Shown piece by piece: positions 11,495 to 23,965 of a stretch of DNA of 64,000 nucleotides; the stretch's first letter is position 1, and each line of letters opens with the position of its first letter. Both the position numbers and the translations under genes were made by a program. The stretch is from Octopus vulgaris (taxonomy: Eukaryota): NCBI GenBank assembly GCA_951406725.2, contig OX597829.1:56916001-56980000 (forward strand), given 5' to 3'. The notes under the pieces are model-generated. The model searched no databases and had not been told where the DNA came from. It was given only the letters and a program-made list of their open reading frames with translations.

Positions 11495-11690
11495 TGTTGT
11501 CCCCACCAACATCGCTTGACAACCGATGTTGGTGTGTTTATGTCCCTGTAACTTAGTGGTTCGGCAAAAGAGGCTGATAGAATAAGTACTAGGCTTACAA
11601 AGAATAAGTCCTGGGTTCGATTTGCTTGACTAAAGGCAGTGCTCCAGCATGGCTGCAGTCAAATGACTGAAACAAGCAAAAGAGTAAAGA
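11283..11690 (+). mobile_element. tRNA-derived SINE family A, full length
   Basis: A/B-box-like head, gatttggtagatggaaactgaaagaagccc core, internal (TG)n, tail gcagtcaaatgactgaaacaag. Confidence 0.85.
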
Positions 11691-12104
11691 GCATTTTCTC
11701 TTTCCTTCAGCTTATTTCTTCTCTGTCATTCCTATACATCAACATTAAGTCTCCAGCAGAGCCTGTTACTTTTTTCTTTCCACTCTTCATATATTATCCA
11801 AATTCAATATCCATATTACGATACGTTCACACCACTGCACTTCATATACAAGTACCAACCTATTCTTCATTCAAAACCAGAATCTCTTTCTTGCCAAAGA
11901 AAAGATTAAACAATAACTCCCTTAACATTTTACATCCAACTGTCACTTTATGCTTTAATAAAATCTTTGCTGCATACTGCTTCTTGGATTACCTCAGTAA
12001 CAGATGCCAACAACTACTTCTAAGGGTCACTCTGACTATTTGAAAGACTTCATTTCACAAATTCTTTCACGGGTAACTACCTGAAACACCAAAAAGCAAC
12101 TTAC

Positions 12105-12191
12105 ATTTAGCAAACTTATTTCTTCAGCCTCTCGATGCAAATCTATCAAATCTTCGGCTGTCTGTAATTTCTCCTGAGTTTTTGATCCAAG
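12105..12191 (-). CDS. PPP4R4: PPP4R4 exon (LGSKTQEKLQTAEDLIDLHREAEEISLLN)
   Basis: cag acceptor and gtaagt donor; 87 nt; resembles EKDLLDQEKEREELLLL. Confidence 0.85.
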
Positions 12192-12756
12192 CTGAAGATT
12201 TCAACAAAAACATGAAATGTTTAATGTTATTGGAATATAATATTGTCAGAAAGAGAATGATATAAACAAGTAATTCTTCAGATAGTGGTCAATTAAAGAT
12301 ACTCTCCATATTTGGTAGTCTGTGTCTATATGAATAATGGTGGTGAATAATGGTGCCATGATAATATGATTAACCCATGCTAGCATGGAAAGCGGACATT
12401 AAATGATGATGATGATTATTTCAGAAGTTCAAACAACTGAACCAGCAACTCATTCAATTATAATGCAAGTGGCTGAATACTCCATAGTTGTGTGTGCCTT
12501 AAATGTGTTTCTTAGACCAAAATCAGTATGACAAGTGTGTTTGACAAAGATGGTCTTTGAACTTCATCCATCCATCAACTGACAGAATTTGGGTTAATCC
12601 CTGGCTATGGCAGAAGACACTTGCCCAACATACCATGGATCCAGGACAACAGGATTAACAACAATCAACTTTATTTGATCATGAATGTAATTTAATATTA
12701 AACTTTTATTACTATATTTCTGTTGAAATAAACTACTTTTATTTCAATTAATTTTG

Positions 12757-13045
12757 TGGCATGTAAAAAGCACCAGTCGAGCGTGACTGATGCCAGTGCT
12801 ACCTAACTGGTATGTAAGAAGCACCATCTGAATGTGGTCTCCTGACTGGCTCCCGTGGAGATGACATGTAAAATGCACCCATTACACTCTCAGAGTGTTT
12901 GGCATTAGGAAGGGCATCCAGCTGTAGGAACCTTGCCAAATCAGACTGGAGCCTGGTGAAGCCTCATGGTTTGCCAGTCCCCAGTCAAATCATCGAACCC
13001 ATGCCAGCATGGAGAGCAAATGTTAAACAGCGACGATGCAATGAT
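12757..13045 (+). mobile_element. RTE 3'UTR fragment
   Basis: tggcatgtaaaaagcacc repeats, ggaagggcatccagctgtag, cccatgccagcatgg tail. Confidence 0.75.
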
Positions 13046-13460
13046 GAATTGTTTTAATTAAGATTGCTTTAAAACAAGAAGCTTGTATAGAAGAATTAGG
13101 GAGAGTCTCATGTAGGATGATGTCACTCAGGTTAAATACATACATGCGGAAAACGGACGTTAAACGATGATGATGATAATATACAAATTAAATTTGGGTC
13201 ATCAATTCGCTTAAAATTGGGAAAATAATATGCAATGATTATTCCTGGCAATAACATGTACCAATTCTATGAAGACATCCTTTTAACTGACTAAAAATTA
13301 TTCATTTTACAATAATTCATTAAAATATGAAGACACTGAAAGTTAATACAAGTATTTCAATCAATTGCTAGAATATTGTTAGGCCAAACAATTTGATTTA
13401 ACAAATCAAATACTGACTCATTAGCAACCAACAGCTAAGATAATATTGAGGTACACTTAC

Positions 13461-13502
13461 CAAATGAACAGGCACAACAATTTGTTCTAGATCCCAGAGT
13501 GC
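13461..13502 (-). CDS. PPP4R4: PPP4R4 small exon (ALWDLEQIVVPVHL)
   Basis: tag acceptor and gtaagt donor; 42 nt, phase 0/0; positionally equivalent to human TVLELDRMEMSMDA. Confidence 0.8.
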
Positions 13503-14009
13503 CTAAAATTAATAAAAAATATTTTTAAAAATCAGTGGAAAAGAAATTGAGACAAAATAGCAAGTAGGAGTAGGGAGATAAACCGGGAGCAGGACAAAAT
13601 GAAGAGCAGAGTAGAAAGATAAACCAAGGTTAATGCATGGGGAAAGAAAGAGAATTTTGTGGTTTAAGGAGGAGGGGGGGCAGGATGGCCACTGTAACGT
13701 GAGGGTGTGAATAACAATACTAATGGATAAGAATAGAGGACAAGTGCGATGGTTCTGGATAGCAAGAGAGAAAAGTAATATCAGAATGTGGGGTAAGAAC
13801 TGCAGGGGATATGAGTGGGGTGGAGATGGTAACATGAAGTGGGGATTGATTGGGTTCCTCATTTATATACATACACTCACAAAAAGATATGAATTATATA
13901 TAGATGTGAGTGTGTGTGTATACATATATATATATATATATATACACATATATATAACATATACCCACGCAGTGCCACAGAAGTCAGTTTTCATCATCAT
14001 GATGATGGG

Positions 14010-16160
14010 TAGGTTTTCACAAGGACCCGTGTTGCCAGATATCCTGGTCCTTTGTCATTTCCTCTGTGAGGCCTAAGATCCCAAAGTCAGCCTCCATCAT
14101 TCCATTCCATATCTTCTTTATTCACAAGCTGCTTCAGCCATGCTTAGTGTTTCAGCACTTCATTATACAAGGGTGCATGAGGACATGCATCATGCACGTG
14201 CAGCAGTGCAGTCCTCTTTCTTGCACAAAGCATCTGATCACCCTCATGCTCAGTCTTTCTCTCAGCACATTTTTACTATTATGTCTGTGCACATCCAGCA
14301 GGGCATGATAGTTTCCTTTCTTCCCAGACAGCTCATGTCCTCTGCATTGGAGACCGAAGTCTCACTGCCATGTAGCATTACAATTCTAACACAAGCATCT
14401 GATAGTCTGTGGGGAAATACCTACCTTTGTTGACCGCAGACCAGCAATGGTAGTGGCTCCCTCAATGTCACCAAGCTTTTCTTAATCTCACTACTGTGCT
14501 TTCACAGCAGTCACCTCTCTTGCTAATTACATCTCCTAAGTAACAAAAGCTCTGCACTACTTCCACTGAGCCGTCTGGACATTTAAGAGACTCAATTTCT
14601 GGTGTGCTTGTACGAGCTGTTCCAATATGTCTCCCACATTTTCAGATAGTCTGCTAGTGGTTCCTTTCTTGTGTGTCCAAAGCTTACATTGAGTACAGTT
14701 TATACCTAGCCCTTTTCTGCATATCAAGCAAGGCCATTTCATTAAAGGCACCAGGGTCCTGTCTTTTTAACTATTTACTAAAATCTTGTCTTTTCCAGGT
14801 TACCTTTAAGGTTCCTCATGCCTGGAATTTCTTCTCCAATTCCTCTACAGATTTAGTTATGAGGACTAGACTGGTATATAAGAGTTCCTATGGACATCCA
14901 GTCTTAAACTCCTATGGGACTATGATGAATAGGAAGGGACCAAGAACTGAGCCTTGATTCACTCCAACCCTCACACTAGATTCATTGCCAACTCTCAAAA
15001 GCCATTCATCAATGCCCAATTTCCTTAATGACCACCAGATTACTGTACATGGTACCCAATCAAATGTCTTCTCTAGGTCAACAAAGGCTAGAATTAAGAG
15101 TTTACTTTTGGTCAAGTATTTCTCCTGTAGTTTCCATCTGAATGTGGCCGTTGCCAGCGCCGCCCCGACTGGCCTCGTGCCGGTGGCACGTAAAAAGCAC
15201 CATCCATTCGTGGCCGTTGCCAGCCTGGCCTGGCCCCTGTGCCGGTGGCACATAAAAAGCACCATCCAATCGTGGCCGTTTGCCAGCCTCGTTTGGGACC
15301 TGTGCCGGTGGCACTTAAAAAGCACCCACTACACTCATGGAGTGGTTGGCGTTAGGAAGGGCATCCAGCTGTAGAAACACTGCCAGGTCAGACTGGGCCT
15401 GATGCAGCCTTCTGGCTTCACAGACCCCAGTTGAATCGTCCAACTCATGCTAGCATGGAAAGCGGATGCTAAACGATGATGATGATATCTGTCGTTTAGC
15501 TACATGCCTATGCATCCTATTATTCCCACTTCCTTCCAAATTTTCCACATTTGTTTCTTATGTTTTTGTAGCCGTATCAACGGAGTATTGTTCCACCACC
15601 ACATTACTTCCATTCTGGTTGGGACTTTGCTCCAGCCACATGTCTGATCAGTGGCCCTGAGCATGTTACTTTGTAAAAATTCCCAATTTCCATCTACGTT
15701 ACATGTGTCTAAGTCTATCTTGTTGCAGCCATATGCATCAGTATTTTTCTGAATCTCCTTCCAATTGCAGGCCTTTAGTTTTCTATATTTTCCTTCTCCA
15801 TGTTGTCGTTCATTGCCATGTCTTCCTGGCCCTAACTCTGAAGTCACTGACCAATAATCTGTGTTGTGTGGAGCATTCTTCACAAGGAAAGATTTTGGCA
15901 TTTACAATAGATTTTCTGAAAGAGCTAATGTTTTGAGGTCCCTTTAGTCGGTCTCACTGAGCACTCCAGTGCTGCTTCTTTGATAAAAACACACACTATA
16001 AAGTAGTCGGCTATAGGAAGGGTATCTGGTAGTAGAAATAAATTCAAGTACCCATCTACTAAGAGCAGTGGCCTCCAATAACAAATGACAGATTGTGATG
16101 ACCCAAGTTAGCCAGGAAAGTAGATGGAAAATGATCAACTTGAGGTTATGGTAGAAACAT
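14010..16160 (-). mobile_element. Older decayed RTE-clade LINE with a nested younger insert
   Basis: LQEKYL..LILAFVDLEKTFDWVP..IWWSLRKLG, VGVNQGSVLGP, WPCLIC; WWWN motif upstream. Confidence 0.85.
15141..15486 (+). mobile_element. Young RTE 3'UTR fragment inserted antisense into the older RTE
   Basis: CpG-intact repeats of tggcacgtaaaaagcacc ending in gcggatgctaaacgatgatgatgat. Confidence 0.85.
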
Positions 16161-16437
16161 TTGTATAAAGATGCTGTGCAACAGGATTGAACCCCAAAAC
16201 AAGAGACTGCTAGACATGCTTTTTAATGATCCAGCCATGCTTGTGCTCAGACAAGAAGTCTTTGACTTACAATGGATTGGGCATAGCTGGAAAACTTCTG
16301 ATTAATAAATCTACTCCCTTAGAACTGAATTGGGGTTAAACAGAAAGAACAATTTTAAATTTTAGTAAATAATCTGAAAATTTGGTGAAAATTAAAGCTA
16401 AAGCCATTTTAATGAATTGTATACAAATAGATCTTAC

Positions 16438-16727
16438 CTGGTTGGCAAAACTGAGTACATCTGGGTCTTTGTCAGATCTGAGTATTTTGCTGACAACATT
16501 ACAGAGATCAGATAAGCGGGCATCATCTTCGGGTAAATTTAGTGTTTGTTTCATGCACGGAATGAATCTACAGAGTTTTAAGCGAATATTTGGAACTGGA
16601 TCACAATATAGACTAAGGGCATTATCAAAGAGCTTCTCTTTGAAAAATGACTTCGAATATATATCTAAACTGATGCTGCAAACATCAAGAAAAAGACTTC
16701 GAAAATAGCAGTTACCCACGGACAATT
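16438..16727 (-). CDS. PPP4R4: PPP4R4 exon (LSVGNCYFRSLFLDVC...DPVPNIRLKLC...DKDPDVLSFANQ)
   Basis: cag acceptor and gtaag donor; 290 nt; coincides with ORF 16336..16725. Confidence 0.95.
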
Positions 16728-16798
16728 CTGTAAAGAAACAAAATGTTACATTTTAGAAATATGTTCCTGAAATTACCTGTCAAATAATAACTAGGGTA

Positions 16799-17080
16799 GT
16801 AACCGAGGGAGCTAAATCGAATTAGTTTTGACTTATTTCCTTTGTGGAACCGATCAAGAAGACGACATATATCGATCAATAGATGTACACATTTATGTGT
16901 ACATATGTTTATTTTTAATTTATAATTTTGCTTTCTCAGACTGGGGGAAAAAAAATTGAAAAACCACTGTTATACATTAAAACTGAACACATCCATTCAT
17001 TGATCCAAATCTTCAGGTTTCTTGATTAATCCCACAAGGGAAATAAATCAGAACTAATTCGATTTACCTCCCTTGGTTAA
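16799..17080. mobile_element. MITE or foldback element with about 60-bp terminal inverted repeats
   Basis: taaccgagggagctaaatcgaattagttttgacttatttcctttgtgg matches the reverse complement of ccacaagggaaataaatcagaactaattcgatttacctcccttggtta. Confidence 0.75.
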
Positions 17081-19464
17081 TCGTCTAAACAACATTAAAA
17101 TAGTATTGTTTTTAACAACTTATATTTATTGCAAATACACAAGTGTCTGATTTGCTTTAATTACTTTAATAGCTATTTTTTATTTATTTAAAAAGTTGGT
17201 TTTAATTTTATGAATGTCAGAAAAAATGTTTTGCAGTATCTGTTCTGGCTCTTTAAATTTTGAGTTAAAATCCTGCTTTTTTGTTTCCAGAGACGAGAAG
17301 ATAAAATACCAATCTAAGAACTGGTGTTGATAGTATTGACTAACGCTGCCTTCTAACAGTCATTGGCTCTGTGCCTCAATAAAGAAGCATTATCTCTCTC
17401 TATAAATATCATGAGATAAGGTAAAACTATAATTATTGTATGCATGCAATATCGCCTTTTGCTACACAGTATTCCCATCATATGATGGCTAACTCAGTAG
17501 CTAGTGGGTGTGTGGAGAGAGAGAGAGAGAATCTACACACATATGAACAGAAGCTCTAGTTTTGAAACAGCTGAAGCAAACACAAGAAGTCATGCTAAGT
17601 TGATCAAATTATGTCACATAAATCCAGTCAACAATAAAAATTCCTGCCCATCCAGCTGTGAGATGCCAAAACTTATTGCTATAAATACTGGTAACACTGA
17701 TAAGCTGACGTGTTGTCCCATTCGCTGACACTAATAGAAAACACTTTCTTTTTCTGGGATATTCTAGAAATGCTTCTGCCACAGCCAATAATCCAATTTA
17801 ACCGTTTCGTCATCAATCTGGCTGAAACCACCTCTGGCTCTGAGTACAAATGTGTTTTCATAAGTTTTGAATCAAAATCTTCCACCAAACCTTAGTCACA
17901 ATTTATGTTCCTAATACCAACTTAGTGATAACTAAGTGATTTTACTAAATTCTTTGTTATATTTAAAGTAGGTGAAAGAAACACAGAGCATCTCAAAACA
18001 AATACAGTAATGAGAGGGTTAAAAGAATTATTTCTAATATGGACACAAAACTCAAATTATTTATAGGTATGGGTATAATTAATGAAATTGATCCCAGTAC
18101 TTATTTGATACATCTCAATGTAAAGTACTGCAACAAATAGAAGCTATTTTGTCCCATGTTCTAACAAGTCTGTTCTTAATCTGCTCTCTTTAATAATAAT
18201 TCTAATTTTGGTACAAGGTCAGCTATTTCGAGGCGAGGGGTAAGTTGCTTGCATCAACCTCAGTGTTCAGCTGGTATTTATTTCACCGACACCAATAATT
18301 ACTTAGCCACTCCACAAATTAGCTTGCCCATTCACTAATTAGTTTCTCAGATCCCTAATTAGCCTATTACTTTGCTAATTATGATTTCTTACATAAAGTT
18401 AAGAATATCTTTTCAGGTCTCTCTCTGCTTTCCATCTTCTTGAAAAGGTTGATAAAGTACCAGTTGTTGTTTAGTTCCAAAACAACCTTGAATAAACAAA
18501 CCTGTGATCAAAGCACCCTACTGTTGTTATCGGGTACAGTGTACCTTGGACTACATTATTTTATACGGTTTTCTCCTCAGATCCATCACCAACACAGTTT
18601 TATTATCATGAGCCTTGATTACATTTTTGTCCATGTTTGATTTCATCATTGCTAACTTGAATGTTGTCACCGTTGGAGTGGATTTCTTTTTATACAAAGA
18701 ACATCAACACCAATGATTACTTGTCACAGAATAGTGAAAGAATTTAAACATTAAAATGTTTTATGAAGTAAAACATGTTTAGTATAATAAAAACTGTCAC
18801 ACTTTACTAACCATAAACATACATACATTTAGAACATTAGATGTACATAAAACTATATACTCTACTATATACGTTTACAATATGAAAAAGACAAAAATAA
18901 ATATCAATTTGACCTTTTATTTATTATTCCCATCTCATAAATCTCCTTACATATTCCTAAAGAAATCCAGCAAAATCACCTTTAGTAATCATAGTCAGCC
19001 CAAAGTCAATATATTTACATAAATATATTGATACTAAGACTATTATGAAGATAATAAAGTGTAACTTAAATGACAATTAGCTGTTGTTTCTAGTATGTCA
19101 AGCAACTACCTAACTCTTTTCTCACAAATAAGCTTCATTCAAGTCACAAAATCTCAGTTGAGTCATTACAACGGCCCCTCACCACCTCATCCCAACAAGG
19201 TGTCAATATACAAGTAAGACATCACAAGGGCTCTGGATCAAATCTAAATACTTCAAAGAGTTATGTCCCGAGTTCAAATCCTACCAGTGTCCAATAAACC
19301 TTTCAACTCTCAGGGGTGAATAATAGTTTTTATTGAGATCAGTTTGGTCTTCTAGAACATAGTGCCATAAAATACAGTGTTGGGCCTTAATTACAAATTA
19401 TCATCATTAATATTAACAACAACAACAAAAACAGCAACTGCTAACTTGTAATATTTTAATTTAC

Positions 19465-19570
19465 CTTCTGTTAACTTGTTAATAAGTTGTTCTCTATATT
19501 CAGCCTTTTTTAGAGTACGCAGGAGTGTCAAAAATGTGCGTGCCACTGCTAATTTTACAGGTAATGCCCT
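19465..19570 (-). CDS. PPP4R4: PPP4R4 exon (RALPVKLAVARTFLTLLRTLKKAEYREQLINKLTE)
   Basis: tag acceptor and gtaaa donor; 106 nt; matches VLPVQKAASRTL. Confidence 0.92.
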
Positions 19571-20586
19571 CTATAAAGAAAAAAAAAAAAAAAAAATTAA
19601 GAGACAATTATTTTAATTAAAACAAATTTTTTAAAATTATTTTTTGATGAAATGATTATCATCATCATCATCATCATTTAATGTCTGCCTTCCATGTTGG
19701 TTGATTTCTCTAGTCATGCTTTATATTGTATAGAGAAAGGGGGAGAAAGTGTGTGTGTGTGTGTGAGAGAGAGAGAGAACACAAGAGGTGCAGGATGAGT
19801 GTTCTGTAACTTTCTGAGAAACAGATTTTTTTAACGACGGGTTTTTGAAAGAGCACATAGCAATTAGGTCGATAAAATTTGAAAAATAATCACATATATG
19901 TATTGCAAGCATGGAAGTGAGAAATTTGCTTTATTTAATTTTAATTTAAGGAAATAAATATTTTTCTTATGAAGTTGAAAAAAGTTACAATTTTATGCTG
20001 TAATTCCTGATATTAGCCATGGTGACAAATATATAATTCTGAAGTTCTCTGTCATATGATGGATAACACCCAAGTGTTATGAATATTTTATGCCTCAGAA
20101 ATCTTCTTTTTTTTTCTTTTTAAGTGAGAGATGTATTTACACTAGAGAGAAATAAAGTGAGTATGCTCTGATGTGTGTGTAATAGTTGTGTGTATGAATG
20201 ACAGGGCCGAAATGAATGAAGAGGAAAAATGCAGGAATCAGGTGTAGTGTGCAAGAGAAAAGACTGCATTGGTACAAATATTTAATAATTATCATAGACG
20301 CGTAAAGAATTGCTGGGATATCAAAGATGAAAACCAAAGAAAGTCATTTGCAGAAATGGTGACAGCTGCATTTGGGATCTCATGAAGAATATGGCAAGGG
20401 ACTGTAAAAGGTGCCAAAGAAGCTGTGCCTAATCCATGTAAGTGCGGAAAATAGGCATAAAATAGTGGTGGTGATGAATATTGGTATATATTGAAGAATA
20501 TTCAAAACACCTCAAGAAACTAACTATACAAAGGAAATAAGCCAAAATCACATAAATAATCATAAATGAGGCGATAGATAGCCATA

Positions 20587-20737
20587 AATTCTGCTCAAGT
20601 CACTTCACTTGATCTTTGTTTCAACTTGATCTTTGTTTTGTTTTCACAGTTTCCATAATTAGCCATAAATGGAAACTGTGATACGAAACAAGGGTCAAGT
20701 TGATGCTTGTATAAAGTGAAGTGACTTGAGCAGAATT
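20587..20737. repeat. About 150-bp palindrome or hairpin
   Basis: Perfect 24-bp outer arms, perfect 13-bp inner arms, 12-nt loop. Confidence 0.85.
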
Positions 20738-21361
20738 AAATACTTGCGAGATATTTTTGATTGGTGCACCAATCACCTCCTGCCGACGAGCTTAGGCATA
20801 TGTTTGTGTGAGTATGTGTAAAAAATATATATATATATATAAAGTGTGTTCACTTAATGTCCATTTTTCCAGGCAACAAATAGGTTGGACAGGAATATAT
20901 TGCAAGATGTTCTAGCTGCCAGCAATTATAACCAGTACCAGACGATTATAGAAGACACTTGCCCAAGGTGCTGTACAGTAGGATTGAACCCAAAACTGTG
21001 TGGTTACAAAGCAAATTTCTTAACCACACACACCTGATGAACTCTCTGATAGATTGTGCAATGAGATTTCATTTATGGCAACCAACATGAAGACACTATT
21101 GAGAAGAAAACTTTTTAACCACAGAACTGTTTCTGGACCAAAAATCCTTAGGGTATTTCTTCTGAATGAAAGGCAAAGTTTAACCTCATTGGAATTTATA
21201 CTCAGAAGTAAAGCCTACTGAATTTAACTTTGCCTTTCATCATTTCAAGAACTGGTAGAATAAAGTACCAGTCAAATACCAGGGGAATCAACATAATTGA
21301 CTATCCACTCAAAACTACTGGTCTGGTATTTACATTAAAAACATTATCATTATTATTGTTA

Positions 21362-21690
21362 TTATCCTTTTGACTCAGGTTTTGTTGGAACTCTTGGAGT
21401 CTTGCATACATAGCAAGCTTACTACCTGCATCCTACGGTATCATGCTATCCATTCTTTTCGAGTATCTAATACTTTCCTGGTAACAGTTCTACTGGCCAC
21501 TCTATTCCAATTTCCTTTATATTCCTCTTGATGTCTGCTAATACTGTCCCCAAGGACCCAACAATAAGTGGCACTATCTTCACCTTCTTCATTTTCCATA
21601 GCCTGGCTATTTCATAATTAAAAGGATTATATATGTCTATTTTTTTAATCTTCCTTCTTGACTATTTGTGGGTCAAAGGGTCATTGATTA
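21362..21690 (-). mobile_element. R4/Dong-like (REL-endonuclease) non-LTR retrotransposon 3' fragment
   Basis: Minus-strand translation PFDPQIVKKE...YEIARLWKMKKVKIVPLIVGSLGTV...IKEIGIEWPVELL..RKVLD; ends in a TAA-type repeat. Confidence 0.7.
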
Positions 21691-21748
21691 AAATAAAATT
21701 CCTGAAGTAAAAATTTCTAAACAGAGCTAATTTTATACAAATACTTAC

Positions 21749-21922
21749 AGCTTTTTTCAGTTTAGTGTAGATCACCGGCATAATTTTTACATAAATAGTT
21801 TCTGAATTAAACCACTTTGGAAGACTAGACAGAGTGAGTACAAACTCTTCTTGTAGTCGCCAAGAATAAGAGGAGAATATCACAGATTCTGCTGCCATGA
21901 TGGCTGGAATGATTTCTGCTAC
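21749..21922 (-). CDS. PPP4R4: PPP4R4 exon (VAEIIPAIMAAESVIFSSYSWRLQEE...TKLKKA)
   Basis: tag acceptor and gtaagt donor; 174 nt; WR motif of HEAT repeat. Confidence 0.93.
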
Positions 21923-21986
21923 CTAGAAAGAGAATTAAAAAGTATGTATTTCACTTCATGTAAATATAATTGTTTTAAAATTTATA

Positions 21987-22018
<32 letters not shown>

Positions 22019-22687
22019 AATATATATATTTCTAATTCTATATGAAAATTAAGCAATACATAGAATTCAAAACTTTACTGCATAAAACAAATCCTAATCC
22101 TCATAAACCTGCTGAGGCTGACTTAACTTTTAATCCTTTCAAGGTCAATAAAATAAGGGTCGGCTGAGCACTGGAGTTGATGCAATTGACAACTCCTGGA
22201 TTTGGGCATTAAAGAAAAAATCAATCCCAAACCTCCCTGTGCCAAGTCATGTTGAGCCAGTGTGGCAGAGTAAGCTCATCAAAACCAGTAGGATCTCAAG
22301 CTCCAATTCACAGCCTTCACATCAGGACCATGGTTGGTGGAGGGAACTTGAAGCCTTCATCCTGAACAGAGGCAATCCAATCCAAAGGTAATATAAAATA
22401 TTAGTGTGTTCAAATCCTGCTGAGGTTAACTTTGTTTTTCATCTGTATGTGGTAGTTAATGCACCAAATTAAGGAGTGAATTAAATCAACTAAACTCCTC
22501 CCTTTCTACTCCTTCAAATTCACGGCCTTACATCTAATACTAAAAACAATTATCATTTGAAATAAGGTACCAGTTAGGTAATAAGGTTGACTAACCCTCT
22601 TACCCCTAAATTTCTGATCACATGACTATGTTACAATCAACTGTTTCTATTTTGAATATATATTGTAAGAAAAAAAGATAGACTTAC

Positions 22688-22762
22688 TTGATTTTCTGAA
22701 TGTTTATGTTTACCTAGAACTTCAAAAATTTCTGCAAGATGAGATGTAACTCCACTAAGTAC
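22688..22762 (-). CDS. PPP4R4: PPP4R4 exon (VLSGVTSHLAEIFEVLGKHKHSENQ)
   Basis: tag acceptor and gtaagt donor; 75 nt; matches VLDALIDHLPEILE. Confidence 0.9.
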
Positions 22763-23129
22763 CTAAAATAAGAAGAACATTTAAGTCAATATAACTCTTT
22801 TATCACATAATTAGAGATTTATAAGGAAAAGATGAAGGGGGAAAAATTGGATCATCTTTTGAATATTAAGAAATGATAATAGTTTGTAATTTAAGCAGGA
22901 CAGGGATTAGCTTTTATATTGATTTACATTGATCACATATTGTGCAATACATTTGTGTATATTAATAAATGCACAGATATACTTGCATGTATGCGAGTGG
23001 ATGCACAGATGTTCTTGCTTAGAGGTGAGTGCATCTGTGTCGGAGAGTGAATGCACAAATGTGTGTAAGGGCAAATGTAGAAGTGTGGAATACATTTTTG
23101 CTTTTCATTTGGTTTGGTTCGGAAGAAAG

Positions 23130-23440
23130 GTCTGCAACTATGACCCTATGACCATGCCCATGCAAAAACCCTCCAAGACTGAGAGAATCATTGTGGTTAA
23201 TGTTACTCTTCACCAGCTGCAAGAGAATTCCAGAGGGATTACATGCTGGGATGGAAGGACTGGATGAAGTAGTTAGTATGGGGGCTTAGAATGATGAGAA
23301 ACTGAGTATGTCTGAGTGGAGGCAGACCAGAAGTTCTGAGGAGCAGAAACCACACTGTAATAGCAGGAAGGAGAGAGAGAGAGGACATATCATATCTGTG
23401 GACCCAAGATTGGAGTATGTTAGCAAGTGGCTTCACGGAA
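23130..23440 (-). mobile_element. CR1-like LINE 3' fragment
   Basis: LQSWVHRYDMSSLSL...PHTNYFIQSF...SLWNSL. Confidence 0.6.
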
Positions 23441-23604
23441 GGATGACAACCTCATCTTCCATGCTGGCATGGATTGGACAGTTTGAGAGGATGGAGTTAG
23501 AGAAAGCATTGAGCGCCTATGTATTCTATAAAAACCCCATCAGAAAGTGTGTGTAAACTATATATATATATATATATATACATACACACACATACATACA
23601 TACA

Positions 23605-23872
23605 TATACACCATTTCCTTGACTTATGACCAAGTTCCATTCTGAGTGACAGTTCGTAAGTCGACCTGGTCATATGTCGGATTTATAATTTTCAACACTA
23701 TTTTCATTCATTGAAAGTGACCGAGCGACAGTGGCTGACAGTGGACACCTGGGTCTAAGGGAGGCCTGCTTTCCCAGATGCTGCCATTGTTAGTGTATGC
23801 GCAGCTGCCCAACATCCGAAAATCGATTTTTTACTTATTTTTTTGCGGTTGTAAGTTGAGAAGGTGTGTGTA
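23605..23872. mobile_element. pogo/Tigger-like MITE
   Basis: Imperfect TIRs cttgacttatgacc and ggttgtaagttgag; TA-rich flanks. Confidence 0.55.
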
Positions 23873-23887
23873 TATATATTACTGTAC

Positions 23888-23965
23888 CTCTAGATTATTG
23901 TCTCTTAGAAGATCTGCAAGGTTTTTCAGTAGAATCCCAGACTGAGTATCTAAAAGTTTGACCAC
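23888..23965 (-). CDS. PPP4R4: PPP4R4 exon (VVKLLDTQSGILLKNLADLLRDNNLE)
   Basis: cag acceptor and gtacag donor; 78 nt; matches VSKLL...LLQDESLE. Confidence 0.9.
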
